Origin: an uncultured virus (IMG/VR IMGVR_UViG_3300020215_000002)
Lineage: Duplodnaviria > Heunggongvirae > Uroviricota > Caudoviricetes
Virus record (IMG/VR): IMGVR_UViG_3300020215_000002
DNA length: 64,000 bases
Strand: one strand, 5' to 3'
Shown: positions 56,965 through 64,000 of the stretch, one piece after another
How positions within the stretch are numbered: the stretch's first letter is position 1
How the letters are laid out: every line of letters starts with the position of its first letter
Notes under the pieces: model-generated
What the model saw: only the letters and a program-made list of their open reading frames with translations
What the model was told of the DNA's origin: nothing
Databases searched by the model: none
Translations under genes and position numbers: made by a program

Positions 56965-59037
56965 TTACGGGAACAGGTACCCCGCCACTTGGGCATGCAC
57001 GATGGATGCGCCGCTCGTCCCGACGCTGAACGCGAGCCCGACGGTGGCCCCCGCCGGCACGTCCGCGATCCCCACCGCGCACCCCGAGTAGGCCACAGTC
57101 TGGCTCACGGCCTGAATCCCGAGTTGGGCGGCAACCGGGACCGTCGAGGTCCAGGTCGGCAGGGCCGTGGACGCCAGCACGAACAGGCGGACCAATGCCG
57201 GGCTCGTCGTGACGCTGTTCTGGACAACCCCATTAATTGCCAGGATGCGGAACGTCTTGTCCGCGGGCACCACCCAGGACGTGGTGTTGGCCACGGGCAC
57301 GCTCAGCCCCACCTGGAACGCGAACGGCACCGTGGTCCCGCTGATGCCGACGGACGTCGAGGTGACGGTGAGTAAGACGTTCGTCCGGCCCACGTCCAGG
57401 GGGGTCACCGTCCCGGTGGCCACCGTCACGGTCCCCGAGACGACCGCGGAGACGGACGCCCCCTGTTGGACCGTGACCGAAACGCCGTTGTTGACGGTCA
57501 CGGTCCCGGAGACGACGGCCGACACGCTGGCCCCGTTCAGGACGGTCACGGTCCCGCTCACCACGGCCGAGACGGACAGGCCCGGCACCACCGTGACGAC
57601 CTGGGTGCCCAGGATGGTCACGATGGTCGAGACGGCCAACACGGTCTGCGTCGGGGCCAGCCAGACCACCTGGGCCGTCGTCGCCACCTGGCTCGTGGCC
57701 GTGTTCCCCGGGGCCGCCCCCCCGGCCACCACGTTGACCGCGACCGTGCCCAGGAGCGTGGCCAGGGTGCCGCCGGTCGCCAGCGTCACGACCGCCGTCC
57801 CGGCGATACCCACGGCGGCCGTCGGGTTCCACCACACCGGCAGGCCGGTCACCGAGACCGAGGCTTGCGTGGTGACGGGGACGACGTTCAGGATTGAGAC
57901 GGTCCCCGTGGTCGTCACGGTGACGGTTACCGTGACGGTCGCCGGGTTGGCCACCCACACGGGCAACCCCGTAACGCCCGACAGCCCGGACGCCGTGGTC
58001 GTGGCGGCCACCGACCCGAAGTTGGACAGGTTGACGGACAGGCCGGGGACGACGCTGACGATCTGGGTGCCCAGGATCGTCGCGACGGTCGAGACCACGG
58101 CCACGGTCTGGGTCGGGGCGAGCCAGACGAGTTGGGCCGTGAGGGCGGCCTGGGTGGTGACCGTGGTGCCGGGGGCGGCCCCGCCCGCCACCACGTTCAC
58201 CGCCACGGTCCCCAGCACCGTCCCGACCGTGTTGACGGCCGAGACGCTGACACTGGCCCCCTGCTGGATCGTGACGCTGGCGCCGTTGGCCACGGTCACG
58301 GTCCCGGACACCGGGACCGACCCGACCGGGCGGACGGCCAGGGCCCGGACCCCGGCGTCGAACGGGCCCGTCGAGAGGTGGGCGGCGGCGTACCCCTGCT
58401 CCGTCGTCCCGGTCACGCTCACGCCGATGGCCACGTTGCCCGAGACGGCGACCACCCCCAGCACCGTGTCAACCGTCCGGACCGTCGAGACCACCGTGAC
58501 GTTGTTGCCGGGCAGGTGGGTGACGGTGACGATGGCCCCCTGCTTGAGGGCCACGATCAGGCCGGTCGAGGCCGCGGCCGGCAGGCCGGCGGTCGTGGCG
58601 TCCACGGTCGCCAGCCCGCCCAGGACGACGCTGACGCCGGGGACCACGGACACGACGGCGGTCCCCGCCAGGGAGACCGACGCCCCGGCCGCGAGGCCGA
58701 CGGTGGCCGTGGGGTTCCACCAGACGGGCAGCCCGGTGACGGAGACGGACGCCTGGGTGGTGACCGGGGTGACGCCCGAGACCGCCACCGTCCCGCCAAC
58801 CAGACTCACGGACCCGCTCACGGCCGCCGTGACACTGAGGCCGTCCACTTGCCGGACGACGAGGCCCGCGGCGGCGGCACTCGGGGCCGCGGTCGTTCCT
58901 TCGAGGTGGACGGTGGCGCTGGTCTGGCCGGCGGCCAACTTGACGAGCTGATAGTCCCGCCCGCCGGCGCTATCGACCGCCACCGGGGCCCCCTGGCCGG
59001 TCGCGGTCGTCTGCACGTTACGGGCGTCGAGGGACAT
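56965..59037 (-). CDS. 690-aa Val/Thr/Ser-rich repeat protein (fiber/spike-like)
   Basis: Internal duplications (VTTQASVSVTGLPVWWNPTA x2, GTVAVNVVAGGAAPG x2, SVSAVVSGTVTV x3); almost no charged residues. Confidence 0.85.
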   Translation of the reverse strand: MSLDARNVQTTATGQGAPVAVDSAGGRDYQLVKLAAGQTSATVHLEGTTAAPSAAAAGLVVRQVDGLSVTAAVSGSVSLVGGTVAVSGVTPVTTQASVSVTGLPVWWNPTATVGLAAGASVSLAGTAVVSVVPGVSVVLGGLATVDATTAGLPAAASTGLIVALKQGAIVTVTHLPGNNVTVVSTVRTVDTVLGVVAVSGNVAIGVSVTGTTEQGYAAAHLSTGPFDAGVRALAVRPVGSVPVSGTVTVANGASVTIQQGASVSVSAVNTVGTVLGTVAVNVVAGGAAPGTTVTTQAALTAQLVWLAPTQTVAVVSTVATILGTQIVSVVPGLSVNLSNFGSVAATTTASGLSGVTGLPVWVANPATVTVTVTVTTTGTVSILNVVPVTTQASVSVTGLPVWWNPTAAVGIAGTAVVTLATGGTLATLLGTVAVNVVAGGAAPGNTATSQVATTAQVVWLAPTQTVLAVSTIVTILGTQVVTVVPGLSVSAVVSGTVTVLNGASVSAVVSGTVTVNNGVSVTVQQGASVSAVVSGTVTVATGTVTPLDVGRTNVLLTVTSTSVGISGTTVPFAFQVGLSVPVANTTSWVVPADKTFRILAINGVVQNSVTTSPALVRLFVLASTALPTWTSTVPVAAQLGIQAVSQTVAYSGCAVGIADVPAGATVGLAFSVGTSGASIVHAQVAGYLFP

Positions 59038-59097
59038 GCGGGGCCGCGAGAGGTGGCCAGGGGGTCGCTACGGCCCCGAGGATAACAGGCCCCCGGT

Positions 59098-59571
59098 TCA
59101 GGCGGGCTGGCCGGCCAGGAGGGCGGTCGAGCTCAGGATCGTCTCCCCGCTCACGTACTCCATCCGCCCCCCGCACCGGCGGAGCGACTCCTTTTCGGAC
59201 TCGATGCCCTTGAACTCGACCCCCTTCACGAACGTGTGGGGGGACACGAGCTCAATAGCCTCCGCGGCCGTCTCGGCGTGGTTGACGGCCACGTAGTCCA
59301 CGCAGTCCAGCGCCGCCAGGGCCATCGCCCGCATGTGCTGGTTGAACCGCGGCCGGCCCTGCCCCTTGTGGACGAACTGGTCGGCCGTGACGGTCACGAT
59401 GAGACAGTTCCCCAACTTGCGGGCGTTCTGGAGGTGCTGGATGTGCCCGTAGTGCAACAGGTCGAAGCACCCGTGGGCCATGACGATGTGGGCCCCCTCC
59501 CGCCGCAGGTCGGCGGCGATGGCGGCCAGCGATTCCAGGGGCACGATCTTCCGGGCGGCGGTGTCGGGCAC
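59098..59571 (-). CDS. Cytidylyl/adenylyltransferase (RfaE domain II/TagD-like)
   Basis: HGCFDLLHYGH, TVTADQFVHKG.GRP, VKG.EF, SST. Confidence 0.92.
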   Translation of the reverse strand: MPDTAARKIVPLESLAAIAADLRREGAHIVMAHGCFDLLHYGHIQHLQNARKLGNCLIVTVTADQFVHKGQGRPRFNQHMRAMALAALDCVDYVAVNHAETAAEAIELVSPHTFVKGVEFKGIESEKESLRRCGGRMEYVSGETILSSTALLAGQPA

Positions 59572-59613
59572 GGGTCTGCTCCGGGTATGGGCCGGAATGG
59601 GCGGGCGAGTCGG

Positions 59614-59994
59614 TTACAGGAATTCGCGGAACGTCACTGCCGGTTCGTCCGGCGGCGGCGAGGCCGGCACGACCTCCACCCCCGGCTTCGACAAAAGGAG
59701 TTCCGCCTTAATCTCGTTGAGGTACCGGACAAGGTCCGTCTTCACGGCCGGGGTCAACCCGTCCCATCCGTCGAACTGCGGCCGGCCGTCCACGACGGAA
59801 TACATCGGAGACACCGCCGGAATGCACCAGCCGGGCTCGATGGCCGAGAACTCCGGCGACTCCACCTTGATCGACAGCTCGTCGCAATCGAACCGGTCGT
59901 GGGTCGAGACCGCCACCACCTTCGCGTCGGGCGGCAGCTTGAGCACGTCCGCCAGGAGGGCATAGCTGACCCGGACGATGCGCTGGCCCATCAC
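59614..59994 (-). CDS. Hypothetical protein
   Basis: Coupled ORF ending FREFL. Confidence 0.6.
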   Translation of the reverse strand: MMGQRIVRVSYALLADVLKLPPDAKVVAVSTHDRFDCDELSIKVESPEFSAIEPGWCIPAVSPMYSVVDGRPQFDGWDGLTPAVKTDLVRYLNEIKAELLLSKPGVEVVPASPPPDEPAVTFREFL

Positions 59995-60791
59995 GTCACC
60001 CCCGCGAGTGCTAACAGGCCCGGCGGCGGGGCCGGGCGGTCCAGGTTCGCCACGATGGCCTTCGCCATGTCCAGCATCTCGGCGTCGGTCATGCGACCGC
60101 GGAAGGCGTTGATCGCGTGACAGACGAGCCGAACATTACCCTTCGAGTAGCCCTGGTCGGCGTCGATCCGGTCCAGGGACAAGGAGTTCGGCATCACCCG
60201 GCCCTTCCCCCAGACCATCTGAATCCCACTGATCGCACATCGGCCGCCGGACTTGTCCCACATCTCCCACAGTTCATCGCGAGTCGCCGGGTTGTCCGTC
60301 GGCCTTCGCTTTAAGGCGTGGCGGAGAAGGATCGCCATGACGTACCGCACGTTCCCCAGGTACATCTTCCGCTTGTACGCCCGCTTCCGCTCCAACGTCT
60401 CCGGCCTGCGGCCGTGCTGGCGATGGTACTCCAGCCGATACTCTTTGTTCCTTGCCTCCCAGTCGGCACACCGGGCCGAATCGCACGGCCTGCACAGTGG
60501 CCCGGGGATGTAGCCGTCAGGTCGTCTGGTCTTGCGGAACTCCGAGAACGCCTTGATCTCGCCACACCCGCTGCACTTCTTCAGCCCTTGCTCGGCCAGC
60601 CTCCGGCGGATGTTGATCGGCCTCTGGTCGGGTGGGTTTACCCGGTCCCGATGGGCGCGGTGGTTGATGTTCACACACAGCCGGCAACGAGAAGTTCGGC
60701 CGTACTTGCCGTTCTTCTGAGCGGTGAATTCTTCCAACGCCTTCTCGACCCCGCACTGCTTGCATCGCTTCGTAGAATGGATGTCGGACAT
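59991..60791 (-). CDS. HNH-like homing endonuclease with Zn-finger repeats
   Basis: KRCKQCG.EK, KKCSGCGEIK, GRCAISG, SLDRID...GYSKGNVRLVC..IN. Confidence 0.85.
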   Translation of the reverse strand: MSDIHSTKRCKQCGVEKALEEFTAQKNGKYGRTSRCRLCVNINHRAHRDRVNPPDQRPINIRRRLAEQGLKKCSGCGEIKAFSEFRKTRRPDGYIPGPLCRPCDSARCADWEARNKEYRLEYHRQHGRRPETLERKRAYKRKMYLGNVRYVMAILLRHALKRRPTDNPATRDELWEMWDKSGGRCAISGIQMVWGKGRVMPNSLSLDRIDADQGYSKGNVRLVCHAINAFRGRMTDAEMLDMAKAIVANLDRPAPPPGLLALAGVT

Positions 60792-60872
60792 GGTCGGCCC
60801 CTCCACGGGTCGGCTGTGTCAAGGTGTCCGGGGAGGTAACGACTCCCCGGCACCGCATTCTACGATCCCACA

Positions 60873-62000
60873 TCACACGAACTCAATGTGCGCAGGGGCC
60901 GGACTCGTCGGCAGCGCTACCCTCCCGTGCTTGTAGGCGTACAGGAATTCATTGCTGGGATTTTGCAGGCAACCCGGTGGACATCTCCGACGGCTGTCCC
61001 ATTGATCCCCGCCGATATAGTCCATCACCTCGTCGTAGCGCTCGCTCGCCCAGATGTCACGGAAGCGGGTGGTGATGATGTTCCCGATGTGGGTCTTCTT
61101 GTGAGCCTCGTTGAACAGCATTCCGCATGGTGCGACCGTGCCGTTCCCGCTGATTTGGAGCTGGAACCTCGGGCCGTAGCACTGCGAGTAGGTGCGCGAA
61201 CATTTCGCCTTGATCCGCTCCCACTTCGCCGTGATGCGGACGCCCGCCTGACGCCCGATCCGCTCGGCCTCTTCGAGGGCCGGGTACAGTTCCTCGTAGC
61301 GGCTGTAGTCCACACCGAGTTGGCCGTCGCTCCCGTCGGCACAGTGCTTGATGACCGCATACGTCGGTTTCAACTCGGCCGCAAGGCGAGCGAAGGGGAT
61401 GATCTGGTCCCCATCCTTCGGGTTGAGGACCATCTGCATGTTGAGGGTGCAGCCGAGCCCGTCCCGCCGAATGATCTCCATCCCGTCGTTGATGTTCTGA
61501 ACCACCTGATGGAACCAGTCGCGCGGCACGCCCATGATCTCGGCGTAGCGCTTGGGTTCGCCGGCAGAGAAGTTGAATCGCAAGAACGAAAGGTGGCGGA
61601 GCGTCCTTTCGAGAATCGGCTTGGTGAGCTTGTACCCGTTGCTGCCGGCGCCGACCTTCAATCCGACCTTGGCGGCGTGCTCGACGGCATCCGCCCACCA
61701 AGGAACAACCGTGCTCTCCCCGTCGCTGATGAATGAGATCCCCCGGACCCCAATGGCCGCCGCGTCGGTGAGAAAGTCGAGGAAGATATCCTTGGTGATC
61801 TTCCCAACTCCTTCGCTGGCCTGAAGTTGCGCGTAACAGAAGTCACACGCATAATTGCACGAACGTGTCATCGACACGTCCATTGTGATGGGCGCGATCT
61901 TCTCCCCCCGCTGCCACGCCGCGATGCGGTCGGGGTACCAGCCGACCTTCGTCCCATCGATGATGAGCTGGTCAACGAAGTCCGGGAGTGCCACGCTCAT
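60873..62000 (-). CDS. Radical SAM enzyme with SPASM/twitch domain
   Basis: CNYACDFC; C-terminal CYG..G.VAPC..IGNI..C...C. Confidence 0.92.
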   Translation of the reverse strand: MSVALPDFVDQLIIDGTKVGWYPDRIAAWQRGEKIAPITMDVSMTRSCNYACDFCYAQLQASEGVGKITKDIFLDFLTDAAAIGVRGISFISDGESTVVPWWADAVEHAAKVGLKVGAGSNGYKLTKPILERTLRHLSFLRFNFSAGEPKRYAEIMGVPRDWFHQVVQNINDGMEIIRRDGLGCTLNMQMVLNPKDGDQIIPFARLAAELKPTYAVIKHCADGSDGQLGVDYSRYEELYPALEEAERIGRQAGVRITAKWERIKAKCSRTYSQCYGPRFQLQISGNGTVAPCGMLFNEAHKKTHIGNIITTRFRDIWASERYDEVMDYIGGDQWDSRRRCPPGCLQNPSNEFLYAYKHGRVALPTSPAPAHIEFV

Positions 62001-62281
62001 TTAGCGTCCCTCACAATCGGGTCGTCGGCGCCGGTCTGAACCGGCCAGAGTCGTCCGCTGCCGTCCTCGCGGAACTCGAAACCCGGCATGTACGTCAACT
62101 CGGCGGTCGTCACCTCATTGATGCCCACGGTCAGCACCAGCCGCTTGGCCGGTACGTGGACGCCGTTGACCTTCACCTTCGCGTGCCTCCCGCTCGGGCC
62201 GGTCGCGACCACTTCCAGGGTGCCGACCTTGACCGTCAGCGTTTCGGGCTCAAGGGTGGCGGTCTTCTCGTCAGCGCTCAT
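61997..62281 (-). CDS. Hypothetical protein
   Basis: Coupled ORF. Confidence 0.6.
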   Translation of the reverse strand: MSADEKTATLEPETLTVKVGTLEVVATGPSGRHAKVKVNGVHVPAKRLVLTVGINEVTTAELTYMPGFEFREDGSGRLWPVQTGADDPIVRDAK

Positions 62282-62967
62282 GGTTTCCTCAGCAGCACGG
62301 ACAGGTAGGCGTAGGTGATGACCGGCGAGCCGTGCGGGTCAATGACCTCTTCCACTTCCGGGGCCCCCATCGGCTCCGCCGCCTCGACTAGCTGCGACTC
62401 GATGACCTCGAAGCCCACGTCGGCCGCCATGCAGTAAACATCGGCCGGCGCATAGATCCGGTGGACGTTCCCGTACACGACGGACCGGGGCAGCGCTTCC
62501 ACGGCGGGGCCGGCCATGATTGCCGCGAGCCCGCCGGGCCGCAGCACCCGGTAGATTTCCCGGAGCATCAGCAGGTCGCCGTTCGGCTTGACCGGGTCGC
62601 CGTAGCGGCCGAGGCCCGCGTGGCACAGGACGCACGTCGAAGACACGGCGTCGAACAGGCCGTCCGCCACCCCCCCCATCTCCGTCGCGTCACAGTCGCA
62701 GTAAACGCCGGGCAGGTTCGGCGGCCGGCGCACGTCCATGTAGGTCGTCCGCCAGGCGGCGGCCCACAGCCGCTTCAACTCCGGCATCGGCGAGCCGATC
62801 ACGAGGCACAAACGGCCCCGCCCCGCCCCCAGCCGGGTCTCCGCGAAGTCCGCCGCCGCCCCGTACCAGCCGCCGTCGCCGGTGGCCCAGCGCTCGTCAA
62901 CGGTGTCAATGACGTCGCCCCCCACGAGGGGCATCCGCTCGGCGTCGATGGGCGGGGCGGCGGTCAT
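62278..62967 (-). CDS. DUF268-like class I SAM methyltransferase
   Basis: CLVIGS, FDAVSS..VL.HAGLGRYGDP...GDL..LREIYRVLRPGG. Confidence 0.85.
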   Translation of the reverse strand: MTAAPPIDAERMPLVGGDVIDTVDERWATGDGGWYGAAADFAETRLGAGRGRLCLVIGSPMPELKRLWAAAWRTTYMDVRRPPNLPGVYCDCDATEMGGVADGLFDAVSSTCVLCHAGLGRYGDPVKPNGDLLMLREIYRVLRPGGLAAIMAGPAVEALPRSVVYGNVHRIYAPADVYCMAADVGFEVIESQLVEAAEPMGAPEVEEVIDPHGSPVITYAYLSVLLRKP

Positions 62968-63442
62968 CAGATGAACTCGCGGAACCGGCGGTCGCGGACG
63001 AGTTCTCCCCGCGGCTCGGGGTCGGCCGGCGTGGTCGCCATTGTCTCGATGACTTCCATGAGCTTGATGCGCTGGTCCCGCATGTTGGTGTAAATGGCAT
63101 CGCGGCGGCTGATCGCTTCCTGTTCTCGCCGCCTCAACACTTCCCACTCCTGCTCGGCCTCGCGGTAGGCCGTGACTAACGCGGCCAGGTCGCGGGCGCA
63201 TATCGCCAACTCTTCTTCGATGCTCACAGGCTGGCCCTCTGCTCGACCGTCATGTCCCGCCGCCGCTTAAGGTCGTCCTGCATGGTGACCTTGAACACCT
63301 CCGCCGGCACCCCCAACTCCTCCCTCAAATACCGCTCCAGCCGTAACAGCGCACGGCCCTGGGCATCACTCCCGATGCCCGGGCCGAAGGTGACAATGAC
63401 GTGGTGGGGCGGGACGGGGGGGTCGGTGAGGGAGATTTGCAT
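62967..63442 (-). CDS. Two small hypothetical genes (63224-63442, 62967-63227)
   Basis: Coupled ORFs; the second is coiled-coil and ends FREFI. Confidence 0.6.
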
Positions 63443-63475
63443 GCGCGAGTCTGCGCGGGGCGACGAGTGGCGGTA

Positions 63476-63757
63476 TTATACTCGCTCGTCGCTCGGGGTG
63501 TCGTCTAATTCCTTGAGGCCGTTGGGGAGTTGGACGGGCGGGCCGGCGAGGCCGATCCCGTCCACCGGCATCACACCCTCAAAGGTCGCCACCTCGCGCC
63601 CGACGGCGACCGCCAACTCGTCGGCCTCGGCCCCGCTGAACTTCAGCGTCCCGCCGTTGTCCAGGCCGACGACCACGGACCCGTCGGAGGCCCAGACGGC
63701 ACTACAGACGTGACACAGGTTGACGGTGTACCCGCCGATGTGAACGAACGACGCCAT
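63476..63757 (-). CDS. Hypothetical protein
   Basis: FVHIGGYTVNL..V pattern. Confidence 0.55.
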   Translation of the reverse strand: MASFVHIGGYTVNLCHVCSAVWASDGSVVVGLDNGGTLKFSGAEADELAVAVGREVATFEGVMPVDGIGLAGPPVQLPNGLKELDDTPSDERV

Positions 63758-63774
63758 CACGCCCCCTTGTGGCC

Positions 63775-64000
63775 TCACACCTGCTTCTTCTGATCCCCGA
63801 TCACCACGTCCAGGGCGATGGCCAGGACCGTGGTCGTCGTACCGCTGATGAGCGTGGTGCCCGTCATGTCCCCGACGTACCTCACATACCGCTGCGTGCG
63901 GGTGAACGCGATGGCCTGGAGGCCGCCGACCCCGGTGGACAGGCCCGCCAGGGGGGTGAACGTGGCCCCCGGAATATCCACGAAGTTCCCGGCCGTGGTG
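63775..64000 (-). CDS. C-terminal part of a probable capsid-associated (cement-like) protein, truncated by the window edge
   Basis: FVDIPGATF..RTQRYVR resembles small proteins encoded after major capsid genes. Confidence 0.5.
   Translation of the reverse strand, partial: TTAGNFVDIPGATFTPLAGLSTGVGGLQAIAFTRTQRYVRYVGDMTGTTLISGTTTTVLAIALDVVIGDQKKQV

Noticed and set aside
57167..58951. 594-aa plus-strand Thr/Val-rich ORF
   Set aside because: It is the antisense shadow of the 56965-59037 gene (GTC/GAC and ACC/GGT codon symmetry) and runs against the operon direction.
1..64000. Diversity-generating retroelement or retron
   Set aside because: No reverse transcriptase motif recognised in any ORF, and no adenine-specific TR/VR pair noticed.

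Overview
The whole window looks like part of one temperate tailed-phage (Caudoviricetes) genome or prophage. It is very GC-rich. Four TIGR02996-type proteins, the integrase N-terminus and Planctomycete-style cytochrome genes suggest a Planctomycetota (Gemmataceae-like) host; this is an inference. Left part (1-32.6 kb, mostly + strand): a tRNA-like element with a CUA anticodon, a tyrosine integrase plus a remnant of a second one, a candidate att region, several divergent repressor/promoter switches, excisionase-like HTH genes and many small early genes. It also holds a Rad52/Sak recombinase, a replication initiator and DnaC-like loader, CsrA, a RusA-like resolvase, HNH endonucleases and four methyltransferases. 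A terminator at ~32.63 kb separates this from the late region (32.7-64 kb, mostly - strand). Read from the right end, the late region contains: the end of a capsid-associated gene; a sugar-modification/glycosylation island (DUF268-type methyltransferase, radical SAM, cytidylyltransferase, SPINDLY/OGT-type O-glycosyltransferase, kinase, TPP-dependent E1 alpha/beta) interleaved with a 690-aa Thr/Ser/Val repeat protein and a LamG protein; a head-tail adaptor; a tail module that is inverted relative to its neighbours; a membrane-anchored subtilisin where a lysis cassette is expected; a fifth methyltransferase; and three secreted proteins, two with CxxCH heme motifs. Capsid, portal and terminase genes are not seen and presumably lie beyond 64 kb. 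All functional calls come from motif recognition by eye; no database searches were run.
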